From positions 64,001 to 128,000 of the forward strand of contig CAXXUK010000001.1 of NCBI GenBank assembly GCA_963665125.2: 64,000 nt of DNA, in the 5' to 3' direction. A program made the position numbers and the translations under genes. The notes beneath the pieces were generated by a model that saw only the letters and a program-made list of their open reading frames with translations, ran no database searches and was not told where the DNA came from. How positions within the stretch are numbered: the first letter of the stretch is position 1; every line of letters starts with the position of its first letter. Below, piece by piece: positions 29,671 through 38,485 of this stretch. This stretch comes from an uncultured Desulfarculus sp. GTDB taxonomy: Bacteria > Desulfobacterota > Desulfarculia > Desulfarculales > Desulfarculaceae.

Positions 29671-30549
29671 ATGGACTACTTCCTGTACTCCGGCTGTTCG
29701 CTCGAGTCCGGCGGCTCACACTTCATGATCAGTTTTGAATCCGTGGCCAAGGTCCTGGACATGAATCTGGTCGAGATCGAGGACTGGAACTGCTGCGGCG
29801 CGTCCATCGCCTACCTGGGCGGTAACGAGATGCAGCAGATCGTCCTCAACGCCCGCAACCTGGCTCTGGCCGAAAAACAGGGCGGTATGGACATCGTCGC
29901 CCCCTGCTCTTCCTGCTACATCATGATGAATAAGTACAACCGCGAATTGCAGGAAAACCCCGCCTTGCTGGCCCAGGTCAACGAAATCCTGGCCGAGGGA
30001 GGGCTGAGCTATTCCGGCGGTCTGAAAGTGCGCCATGTCCTGGACGTTTTGTACAACGACATCGGCGTTGAAAAGATAAAGGGCCAGGTGCGCAAGCCCC
30101 TGTCCGGTGTCAAGGTCGCTTCCTACTATGGTTGCCAGACCACCAGACCTTTTGGCGAATACGACTCAGTTGAAGACCCCACCACCCAGGACGAGATCCT
30201 GAGGGCCATCGGCGCGGAAGTTGTCAATTTCGACAAAAAGGTCAAGTGCTGTGGTTCGGGTATTTTCCTGACCGAAATCGACCTGTGCGCCCCCCTGGTG
30301 GACGATATCCTGGGCAATGCCAAGGAAAACGGCGCCGAGGTGATAAGTACGGCATGCCCCATGTGCCAGATGAACTTGGAGGCCTATCAGCCACGAATCG
30401 GCAAGATGCTTTCCAAGGACATCACCATGCCTGTCCTGTTCATCACCCAGCTTATGGCTGTGGCCCTTGGATTGGATGCTAAAAAAGAGGCGGCCATCGA
30501 TAGAAACATCGTCGCACCGGAAAGTGTGTTGCGCGTGGCCGGCGCCTGA
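29671..30549 (+). CDS. hdrB: Heterodisulfide reductase subunit B-like (CCG domains)
   Basis: YSGC, WNCCGA, PCSSC, YYGC, KCCGS, ACPMCQMNL. Confidence 0.9.
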   Translation: MDYFLYSGCSLESGGSHFMISFESVAKVLDMNLVEIEDWNCCGASIAYLGGNEMQQIVLNARNLALAEKQGGMDIVAPCSSCYIMMNKYNRELQENPALLAQVNEILAEGGLSYSGGLKVRHVLDVLYNDIGVEKIKGQVRKPLSGVKVASYYGCQTTRPFGEYDSVEDPTTQDEILRAIGAEVVNFDKKVKCCGSGIFLTEIDLCAPLVDDILGNAKENGAEVISTACPMCQMNLEAYQPRIGKMLSKDITMPVLFITQLMAVALGLDAKKEAAIDRNIVAPESVLRVAGA

Positions 30550-30573
30550 TTATCTTTATACATAGACGCACTG

Positions 30574-30609
30574 TCCGCGCTGGGGCTAGCGTCCCGGCGC
30601 GGATTTTTT
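30574..30609 (+). terminator. Intrinsic terminator after hdrB
   Basis: TCCGCGCTGGG/CCCGGCGCGGA stem plus T tract. Confidence 0.75.
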
Positions 30610-30634
30610 CTCACGCCCATTGCGGAGTGATGCC

Positions 30635-30907
30635 ATGAACCAAGACAGAGACAAGACGATTTGCCCTCATTGCGGCGAAAAGATGAAAAAATGGGGATCG
30701 CCGGTTACCGCTACATGGGGCGGCGAATACCTTTACATCTGTTTCAACGATTCCTGCGGCTATTACCAAAGAGGTTGGGATCACACCTTTAAAAAGATCG
30801 GTATCAAGGCGAGTTATCGCCATCGTTACGATCCGGAAACTGGCCAGGAAGGTCCTTTCCCGGTAAACTCGCCTGATGCAGGCAAAGACGGTGTTATCGA
30901 CGACTAG
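30635..30907 (+). CDS. Small Zn-ribbon conserved hypothetical protein
   Basis: CPHC..CFNDSCGYY..GW; GGAG SD. Confidence 0.75.
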   Translation: MNQDRDKTICPHCGEKMKKWGSPVTATWGGEYLYICFNDSCGYYQRGWDHTFKKIGIKASYRHRYDPETGQEGPFPVNSPDAGKDGVIDD

Positions 30908-30971
30908 ACCACATTATGCATGACACGTGCGGAGCAGGGTGTGTGCGCCCTGCTTTTTACTGAGTGATTCT

Positions 30972-31721
30972 ATGGATTTAAGTAACATATCCCGCAACGA
31001 TCTCTGCCCCTGCGGCAGTGGAAAAAAATTCAAGAAATGCCACATGGGCCGGGAACACGAACTGCTGGGCGACACACTAAACGCCGACCCCAGCAAGCTG
31101 GCCCAGCAGATAATAAAACTGCCCGCAGCCAATCACCCCAGGGCCGCCGAGATGGCAAAGGACATGATCATCACCTCTCCGGCAGGCAAGGAGATCAGGG
31201 TTAAGCTCGTCGATCTGGCCGCTTACCAGAATCTGACGCCGTTTGCCAGGCAAAGCGGCGGGGCCCAAAGCGGTGGTGGCGTGGTTATCAACCCCCTTAA
31301 GACCCGGCTACTGGACCCTGGGTTTGTTTATCTGGCGCTGAGCCCCAACGCCGGCGAGTCAACCGTGTTGCACGAACTTGCCCATGTGGAAGACATTGTC
31401 AGCGGCTCTTGCGTGCCTTCAGGCAAGGCCCAGCAGATGGCCGCCGAGATGGAAGTGCCCCTGGAATTGCTTGAGCATCCCCAGGAGTTCGGCGAAAAAA
31501 TGCTGGAGCTGGCCGAGAAGTTCGATGTTGAACTGGATGCCGAAGACGAGATCATTGCCATTTTGACCAGGCGCAAGCTGCTGCTTCCGGCCCGCACGGT
31601 GGCCAAGGGACAAAAGGCCGATATCGTGGCCGAGGCCGAAAAGGCCATGCGCTATCTCAATGAGAACCAGGAAGAAATAAACGCCCGCATTGCCGGCAGG
31701 CTGGGGTATCGCGGCAAGTAG
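30972..31721 (+). CDS. SEC-C motif protein with HExxH
   Basis: [24 protein letters not shown]. Confidence 0.8.
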   Translation: MDLSNISRNDLCPCGSGKKFKKCHMGREHELLGDTLNADPSKLAQQIIKLPAANHPRAAEMAKDMIITSPAGKEIRVKLVDLAAYQNLTPFARQSGGAQSGGGVVINPLKTRLLDPGFVYLALSPNAGESTVLHELAHVEDIVSGSCVPSGKAQQMAAEMEVPLELLEHPQEFGEKMLELAEKFDVELDAEDEIIAILTRRKLLLPARTVAKGQKADIVAEAEKAMRYLNENQEEINARIAGRLGYRGK

Positions 31722-32034
31722 CGTCCGCACTGCAACTCGGCTGAAAAAATAGTTTATTTAATTACCAACGGTCTGGTCTGTCCAGGCCGTTGCTTTTTTG
31801 GGCCTGGCCGTATATATATCATAGAGCCTTCCGTGACCTATTACTTGATAACCCGGTATCAGCATTTGTAAAATGTCACGTTGTCGGTTGCCCGGTCAGG
31901 CCTTGTCGGCCTGGTTCTTTTAGTTTTTTCGATCGGAAAGCGTGACTATTGTTTTGACAAAGGTATACAAGTTATCTATTCATAACAATCGTTCAATGTC
32001 GTTCTGATCCTGGGGAACGTGGAGATTTTCGCTG

Positions 32035-33288
32035 ATGAATAAGGGGGATGGAAGGCCGTTGCGCGTCTGTCTGCTTTGTTATCGCAGCAATCCGCATAGC
32101 GGTGGCCAAGGCGTTTACATCAAGCACCTAAGCCGTGCCCTGAAAGGCCTGGGTCATCAGGTCGACGTTGTGGCCGGACCGCCCGGACCGCATATCGACG
32201 AAGGCATCCCGGTGCACAATATTCCCTGCCTGGACATGTACAACGCCGAAAATCCATTCCGCACGCCGGGGGTTATGGAACTATACAATCCCATCAACCT
32301 GATGGAATGGATCGGCACCACGACCATGGGCTTTCCCGAGCCTTACATCTTCGGCATCAGGGCTCTGCGCTTCATCAAAAAAAACGCGGCCAACTACGAC
32401 ATCATCCACGACAACCAGACCTTGTCCCACGGCATTTGGTCCATGAACCGCCATGTGCCCACCACTATCACCATCCACCATCCCATAACCGTAGACCGGC
32501 GCCTGGCCGTCGATTCCCAGCGCAGTAAATTGAAAAAGTTAAAGACCATGCGCTGGTATTCTTTCGTGGAGATGCAAAAGCGGGTTTCCCGCAAGTTCAA
32601 CAATATCATTACGGTCTCGGAATTCGCCGCCGACGATATCAGCCGCGAGTTCACCGTGGACCGCGCCAAATTCCGGGTTGTGCCCAACGGTATTGACGTG
32701 GAACATTTCAGGCCCCTGCCCGGCATAGAGCGCGACCCCGAGCGGCTCATCGTAACCAACAGCGCCGATACACCCCTCAAGGGCCTTTATTATCTACTGC
32801 ATGCGGTGGCCGACATCAAAAAGACCCGGAAGCTCAAGCTGACGGTTATTGGCCAGCCCAAGAAACGCGGCATTGTTGAACGCCTGGTCCGTGATCTGGA
32901 CCTGGGCGATACGGTCACTTTCACCGGCCGGGTGGATGACGACGAATTCCTGCGGCAATACGCCATGGCCTCGATAGCCGTGGTGCCTTCGCTGTACGAA
33001 GGGTTTGGTCTGCCCGCCGGCGAGGCCATGGCCTGCGGCTTGCCGGTGATCAGCACCAACGGCGGTGCCCTGCCCGAGGTGGTGGGAGACGCCGGCGTGA
33101 TCGTGCCCAAAGGCGACAGCGGCGCCCTGGCCTCGGCCATAACGGGCCTGCTGGACAATCCGGCCATGGCTCGGGAAGTGGGCAGGCGCGGCTTTGACCG
33201 GGTGCACAGCCAGTTGACCTGGGAACATGCGGCCGCTAAGACCGTGGAAGCATATAGGGAAACAATACGTGAACACCGTAGACTTTAA
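32035..33288 (+). CDS. GT4 glycosyltransferase, ManT-like (alpha-1,4-mannosyltransferase)
   Basis: YRSNPHSGGQGVYIKHLSR, HDNQTL, TIHHPITVDR, PSLYEGFGLPAGEAMACG. Confidence 0.85.
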   Translation: MNKGDGRPLRVCLLCYRSNPHSGGQGVYIKHLSRALKGLGHQVDVVAGPPGPHIDEGIPVHNIPCLDMYNAENPFRTPGVMELYNPINLMEWIGTTTMGFPEPYIFGIRALRFIKKNAANYDIIHDNQTLSHGIWSMNRHVPTTITIHHPITVDRRLAVDSQRSKLKKLKTMRWYSFVEMQKRVSRKFNNIITVSEFAADDISREFTVDRAKFRVVPNGIDVEHFRPLPGIERDPERLIVTNSADTPLKGLYYLLHAVADIKKTRKLKLTVIGQPKKRGIVERLVRDLDLGDTVTFTGRVDDDEFLRQYAMASIAVVPSLYEGFGLPAGEAMACGLPVISTNGGALPEVVGDAGVIVPKGDSGALASAITGLLDNPAMAREVGRRGFDRVHSQLTWEHAAAKTVEAYRETIREHRRL

Positions 33289-33973
33289 TAAGATCGAGCT
33301 CCATCCGGACGATAAGGTTCTCGACATCGGCTGCGGCTCGGGCCGCCACACCTGTTCGGCGGCGATGCTGGAAAACGTTTTTTCGGTGGGCGCCGATCTC
33401 AGCCCGGAAGACGTGGCCCTGGCCGACGAACGCCTAAAGGAAAACCAGCAATACATAAAAGGCAGATACGGTACGTTATCGGCCGACATCACCAATCTCC
33501 CATTTGCAGACGGGACCTTCGATCTTGTAATATGCTCGGAAGTCCTGGAACATGTGCCGGAGCACCATTCGGCGATGACCGAACTGGTCAGGGTGCTCAA
33601 GCCGGGTGGAAACCTGGTGGTCAGCGTGCCTTCCTGGCTGCCGGAACGCATTTGCTGGGCGTTATCCAAGAAATATCATCAATGCGCGGGCGGTCATGTG
33701 CGGATATATGAAAAACGCCAGTTGGAAAAAATGCTGGCGTGGGCTGGTGTGCGCAAATGGGCCGACGGCAGGGCGCACAGCCTGCACGCGCCATACTGGT
33801 GGCTCAAGTGCATTGTCGGCCCGGATAACGAAGACTCCAGTCTGGTGAAGCTGTATCATAGGTTCCTGGTCTGGGATATGATGAAAAAACCGAAGCTTAC
33901 CCGCGTAATGGATAAGGCGTTCAATCCGGTCATCGGCAAGAGTACGGTGATTTATACGGTGAAAGACCAATGA
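33269..33973 (+). CDS. Class I SAM methyltransferase (resembles MMP-cluster OrfD)
   Basis: TVDF, LDIGCGSGRH, SEVLEHV, GGHVRIY, LHAPYWWLKC; overlaps the GT gene. Confidence 0.85.
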   Translation: MNTVDFNKIELHPDDKVLDIGCGSGRHTCSAAMLENVFSVGADLSPEDVALADERLKENQQYIKGRYGTLSADITNLPFADGTFDLVICSEVLEHVPEHHSAMTELVRVLKPGGNLVVSVPSWLPERICWALSKKYHQCAGGHVRIYEKRQLEKMLAWAGVRKWADGRAHSLHAPYWWLKCIVGPDNEDSSLVKLYHRFLVWDMMKKPKLTRVMDKAFNPVIGKSTVIYTVKDQ

Positions 33974-34995
33974 TCAAGCTAGCTACTGCACCCAAATTCC
34001 AGCCCGCTGAAATCGACATTGATCAGGCGGCTGACTATATCCTGACCGTGCAGAAACCCAGCGGTGAGATCCCCTGGTCCGTCGGCGGTCACACCGACCC
34101 CTGGGACCACGTGGAAAGCGCCATGGGACTGGCCGTTGCCGGAAGGGTGTCCGAGGCCCAGAAGGCCTATGAATGGCTGGCCGAGACCCAAATGCCCGAC
34201 GGATCCTGGTGGGCCCAGTACCGCGACGGCAATATGGACGAGGGCACCTTCAAGGACACCAACATGGTGGCCTACATCTCCGTGGGCGTATTGCACCAGT
34301 TCCTGTGCACCGGCGATCTGCCCTTCGTGCGCCAGATTTGGCCCACCGTGGAAAAGGCCATGGAGTTCGTGCTGAGCATGGCCGAGCCTCACGGCGCCTT
34401 TTACTGGGCAAAACGCCAGGACGGCAGCCTTGACACTTCGGTTCTGCTCACCGGGTGCAGCTCCATATACAAGAGCCTTGAAGCGGCCATCCGCCTGGCC
34501 GCCCTGCTGGGCCTGGACCGTCCCAAGTGGCGTGAGGCCCTGGACGCCCTGGGCCGGACCATCCGCAAGAAACCGCATATATTCGACACCAGCAAGACCC
34601 GCTTTTCCATGGATTGGTACTACCCGGTCCTTTGCGGGGTGATGACCGGCGACGAGGCCCAAAAACGCGTCAATGAATATTGGGAAAACTATGTGATCAA
34701 GGACTGGGGTGTGCGCTGTGTTTCGGACCAGGAGTGGGTGACCATGGCCGAGACTTCGGAGTTTGTCATGAGCCTGGCGGCCATGGGCAACTTCAGCGAG
34801 GCCGAGATGATCCTGGGCTGGATTCAGGACAACAAGTTCGAAGACGGAGCCTACTATACGGGCCTGACCCTGCCGGACGAACAGATATACAGCATGGAGA
34901 AGACCACCTGGACCGGCGCGGCGGTGATCCTGGCCGCGGACATGCTTTATGAATTGTCACCGGCCTGCCGTTTGTTCACCCATCCCGGCGTTTAA
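33970..34995 (+). CDS. (alpha/alpha)6-barrel 'prenyltransferase-like' protein, MmpH-like glycoside hydrolase
   Basis: GEIPW..GGHTDPWDHVESAM, LLTGCSSIY, RFSMDWYYPVL, WVTMAETSE; ATGA coupling. Confidence 0.75.
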   Translation: MIKLATAPKFQPAEIDIDQAADYILTVQKPSGEIPWSVGGHTDPWDHVESAMGLAVAGRVSEAQKAYEWLAETQMPDGSWWAQYRDGNMDEGTFKDTNMVAYISVGVLHQFLCTGDLPFVRQIWPTVEKAMEFVLSMAEPHGAFYWAKRQDGSLDTSVLLTGCSSIYKSLEAAIRLAALLGLDRPKWREALDALGRTIRKKPHIFDTSKTRFSMDWYYPVLCGVMTGDEAQKRVNEYWENYVIKDWGVRCVSDQEWVTMAETSEFVMSLAAMGNFSEAEMILGWIQDNKFEDGAYYTGLTLPDEQIYSMEKTTWTGAAVILAADMLYELSPACRLFTHPGV

Positions 34996-35633
34996 ACGAC
35001 AGGGGCAGGGGTGTCGCAGGCTGGACGCCTGAGGACACGCAGGGACTTGGTGCGCTCCAGTTCGACGAATTGGTTTGAAGCCACGGCCATCTTGTAGACC
35101 TCCCAGGGGGCTTGGCCGCCCTCGGCGGGGTCTTCGAAGATATCGTGGAAAAGCAGGTAGCCGCCGGGCACTATATGGCGCGACCAACTGATGTAGTCGC
35201 GATAGCAGTTGTCCAGGGTGTGGCTTCCGTCGATAAATACGAGGCTCAGGGGGGTGGCCCAAAAGCGGGCGGCCACGGCCGAGGTGCTGACAATGGGCAC
35301 GACGGTGGACTCCAGGTCCGCCGCTTCGACATTGGCTCTGAATTCCCGGAAGGTGTCGATACGACCCTGGGACGGGTCAAAGGTGCCGGGGTCGAAATAC
35401 TCCTGGTCGGGCTGCTGCTCCTCGTTGCCCCGGTGATGGTCGATGCTGTAGAGCACGCCGTGGTTTTGGCGGCAGGCCAGGCCGATGCAGACGGCCGATT
35501 TGCCGCAATAGCTGCCGATTTCCAGGCAGGGGCCGAACTTGCTGGCCTCCAGGGCCAGTTCATGCAGGCGTTTTGCTTCGTCGTCGTCCATGAAGCCGCG
35601 GATATCGGCTATAACTTCCGGGTCAAAGCTCAT
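34992..35633 (-). CDS. Class I SAM methyltransferase (Methyltransf_24), MeT1-like
   Basis: GFM, EIGSYCGKS, IDHHRGNEEQQP, FIDGSH, HDIF..P.EGGQAP; AGGAG SD. Confidence 0.85.
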   Translation of the reverse strand: MSFDPEVIADIRGFMDDDEAKRLHELALEASKFGPCLEIGSYCGKSAVCIGLACRQNHGVLYSIDHHRGNEEQQPDQEYFDPGTFDPSQGRIDTFREFRANVEAADLESTVVPIVSTSAVAARFWATPLSLVFIDGSHTLDNCYRDYISWSRHIVPGGYLLFHDIFEDPAEGGQAPWEVYKMAVASNQFVELERTKSLRVLRRPACDTPAPVV

Positions 35634-35786
35634 TTTGCTCTCCTGGATCGGGGACGCTGGCCCATTTACCGCGGCAAGGCTATCATTATGCGGGCCGCCT
35701 GTCCATGCGTCGGCGACCGCAACTGAATAAAAACCGCCATCACGGCGTTGCTGAAACGGGCCCCATGGCCCTGAATTGGATTGAAA

Positions 35787-37379
35787 ATGCGCGTTACCCT
35801 GGTCAACCCTTACTATCCCATCGCTGAAACGCCTTCGCCGCCCCTGGGCATGGCCTTTTTGGCCGGAGCCCTGGAGCGCGCCGGTCACGAGGTCCAGCTA
35901 TTGGACTACGTGGTTTATCCATACTCCAAGCAAATCCTCCAAAAGGCCCTGGAACGCTTCCAGCCGTCGCTCATCGGCGTTACGGCCGTGACCATGAGTT
36001 TCCCGGCCGCAGCTGAAGTGATCCGCGACGCCAAGGATATCGATTCGGGCTTGCTTACCATGATGGGCGGTCCCCATGTCACTTTCCGGGCCGAAAACAC
36101 CCTGTTGGAACTGCCCGAGCTGGACGTCATTGTCCTGGGCGAGGGCGAAGACACTCTCATCGAGCTGGTTGCGGCCCACGGCGCTGGTCAAAGCTTCGAA
36201 GGCGTGGCCGGGATGGTCTACCGCGACGCGGACGGTCCCCGCCGCACGGCGGTTCGCCCGCTTATCAAGGACATCGACGCCCTGCCCAAACCCAGCCGGG
36301 GCCATATCGCCCTGGGCCGTTATCGGGCCCTGCACATGCCCGTGAGCATGACCACCAGCCGGGGCTGCCCCTTCAAATGCATATTCTGCGTGGGCCGCAA
36401 GATGGTCGGGGCCAAGGTGCGCTACCACAGCACCAACCGGGTGGTTGATGAGTTTCAGGAACTGGCCCAATGGGGCTTCCATCAGATAAACATCGCCGAT
36501 GACCTGTTCACGGCCAACAAGCAGCACTGCCTGAGTATCTGCGCCGAGATGCGTGCCAGGGGCATTGAGCACAAGTGGACCTCGTTCTCCAGGGTCGACA
36601 CCGTGGCCCCGGAGGTGCTTGCGGCCATGCACAAGGCCGGGTGCACTGACATCAGCTTTGGCGTGGAGACCGGCGACCCGGAGATGATGAAGCGCATCAA
36701 AAAGGGCATCACCCTGGAGCAGGTGGAGATAGCGGTGAAAATGGCCAAGGACGCCGGCCTTTCGCCCCACGCCTCTTTTATCCTGGGCCTGCCAGGCGAA
36801 AACGAGCAGACCCTGGCCAACACCATGGCCTTTGCCCAAAAAATCGAGGCCCTTGGCTGCTGCTACGGTTTTCACCTGCTGGCGCCGTTCCCCGGCACGG
36901 ATATCTGTGAAAACCTCGACCAATACGACATCAAGGTGCTTACCGACGACTGGGCCGAATACCACGCCAACAGGGCCATCGTGGAGACATCCCAGGCCTC
37001 CCAGAGCCGCCTCAACGGCATCATCGAAAAGTGGGACCAGGAATTCATCGCCGAATTGGGCAAGATGAAGCGCAAGTACCTGGCGGGCACGGCCAGCGAG
37101 TTCGAGGCCGCCCAGGTCCTGGGCCTGGACCGCACCTGCGTTACCCACGACCTGATGATGGGCGATCTTATGGAACGCTTCGGCCGGGTTGAGGCCGCCG
37201 ATTTGAGCACCAACAACGGCAACGGCCTGGAGGCCATCTCGGCCAAGCTGGAAGATCACCTCAAGTTCAACCAGAGCGAGATTCTCGACGCCCTGCAATA
37301 CAACGTTGCCAACGGCAGCCTGGTCGGCGCGGAGCAAGACGGCGGGATGACCTGGCGCTGGCTGGATTACCTGAATTAA
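35787..37379 (+). CDS. B12-binding radical SAM protein
   Basis: PPLG, GGPH cobalamin domain, SRGCPFKCIFC (CxxxCxxC). Confidence 0.92.
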   Translation: MRVTLVNPYYPIAETPSPPLGMAFLAGALERAGHEVQLLDYVVYPYSKQILQKALERFQPSLIGVTAVTMSFPAAAEVIRDAKDIDSGLLTMMGGPHVTFRAENTLLELPELDVIVLGEGEDTLIELVAAHGAGQSFEGVAGMVYRDADGPRRTAVRPLIKDIDALPKPSRGHIALGRYRALHMPVSMTTSRGCPFKCIFCVGRKMVGAKVRYHSTNRVVDEFQELAQWGFHQINIADDLFTANKQHCLSICAEMRARGIEHKWTSFSRVDTVAPEVLAAMHKAGCTDISFGVETGDPEMMKRIKKGITLEQVEIAVKMAKDAGLSPHASFILGLPGENEQTLANTMAFAQKIEALGCCYGFHLLAPFPGTDICENLDQYDIKVLTDDWAEYHANRAIVETSQASQSRLNGIIEKWDQEFIAELGKMKRKYLAGTASEFEAAQVLGLDRTCVTHDLMMGDLMERFGRVEAADLSTNNGNGLEAISAKLEDHLKFNQSEILDALQYNVANGSLVGAEQDGGMTWRWLDYLN

Positions 37380-38108
37380 GTGGCGGCCCTGCAGGATATC
37401 TGTTTTCGCTACGACGAGCCCCTGACCCCGGCCCGCCTGATCAAACGCTACAAGCGTTTTCTGGCGGACGTGCGCTTCGAGGATGGGACCTCCGAGACGG
37501 TGCACTGCCCCAACTCCGGCTCCATGCTAGGCTGCATGGAGGACGGCGCGCCGGTGATGCTTAGCCGGTCAAATAATCCCAAACGCCGCACCCGCTACAC
37601 CTGGGAACTTGTCCAAATGGGCAGCTGTTGGATAGGCATCAATACACTTTTGCCAAACAAGCTCATCGCCGAGGCGGCCCGCCAACGGGCCCTGCCGCTG
37701 TTCGAGGGCGCCGTGGAGGTGCGCAGCGAGGTCAAGGTCTCGGAACACACCCGCCTGGACCTGGCCGTGGAGACGGTTTCCGGCCCGTTATATGTTGAAA
37801 TGAAGAACGTCACCCTCACCGGGGGAGGCGGGGCCATATTCCCCGACGCCAGGACAGAGCGCGGGGCCAAGCATTTGCATGAATTGATGCGCCTGAAAAA
37901 TCAGGGCGCTGGTGCGGCTATTGTTTTTGTAGTGCAGAGGCAAGACGCCGACTGGTTCGGGCCCGCCGAGAGCATAGACCCGGACTATGCCCGGACGCTT
38001 CGCAAAGCGGCCGAAGCCGGTGTTAGCATGGTCGCCGTCCAGGCCAAGGTTAGCCCGGAAGGTGTTTGTCTATGGCGCGAACTACCAATCATCCTTGGTG
38101 ATTCCTAA
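37380..38108 (+). CDS. sfsA: DNA/RNA nuclease SfsA
   Basis: RYKRFLADV, HCPNSGSM, EMKNVTL, FPDARTERGAKHL. Confidence 0.93.
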   Translation: MAALQDICFRYDEPLTPARLIKRYKRFLADVRFEDGTSETVHCPNSGSMLGCMEDGAPVMLSRSNNPKRRTRYTWELVQMGSCWIGINTLLPNKLIAEAARQRALPLFEGAVEVRSEVKVSEHTRLDLAVETVSGPLYVEMKNVTLTGGGGAIFPDARTERGAKHLHELMRLKNQGAGAAIVFVVQRQDADWFGPAESIDPDYARTLRKAAEAGVSMVAVQAKVSPEGVCLWRELPIILGDS

Positions 38109-38323
38109 TGCAGGCCAATGACCTCCACCTGCACGTTGCCGGTGCCGCAGGCGGTGCGGGTGACCTCGACCCGTGTCGCCCGGCTGCTCACAGGAGCAAG
38201 CATGCAGACTTCGGACACAAGCCATTGCTCAACAGGGTGGCCGTTGTTGCAACAAACATGTTCGTGGCGGCTTCCCTGACCAACGGGGTGATTGACGTTG
38301 CGGCAACAATTGTTGGAATTCAT
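38105..38323 (-). CDS. Small Cys/His-rich protein with internal repeat (72 aa)
   Basis: Strong SD AAGGAGGTGA; CCRNVNHPVGQ / CCNNGHPVEQ repeat. Confidence 0.6.
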   Translation of the reverse strand: MNSNNCCRNVNHPVGQGSRHEHVCCNNGHPVEQWLVSEVCMLAPVSSRATRVEVTRTACGTGNVQVEVIGLH

Positions 38324-38485
38324 GCTTCACCTCCTTGCCTGTTAATAATATTATCGGCTAAAACGATTGCTGTCTTAAAGATCAATTGGGAAAAAAGTGA
38401 AATTGTGAAAATTATTTCCGCAGCCGGCAAGGCGTCATTTGGCGGGCGGCGGCTTGAATTTATATAAAAACGGTGAGGATTTAGT

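Noticed and set aside
25485..30549. Selenocysteine recoding in Qmo/Hdr genes
   Set aside because: ORFs are full length with Cys at the motif positions and no in-frame TGA.
33970..34995. Squalene-hopene cyclase or terpene pathway reading of the 'prenyltransferase' gene
   Set aside because: Only 341 aa, no DXDD motif and no isoprenoid genes nearby; context fits the MmpH-like hydrolase better.
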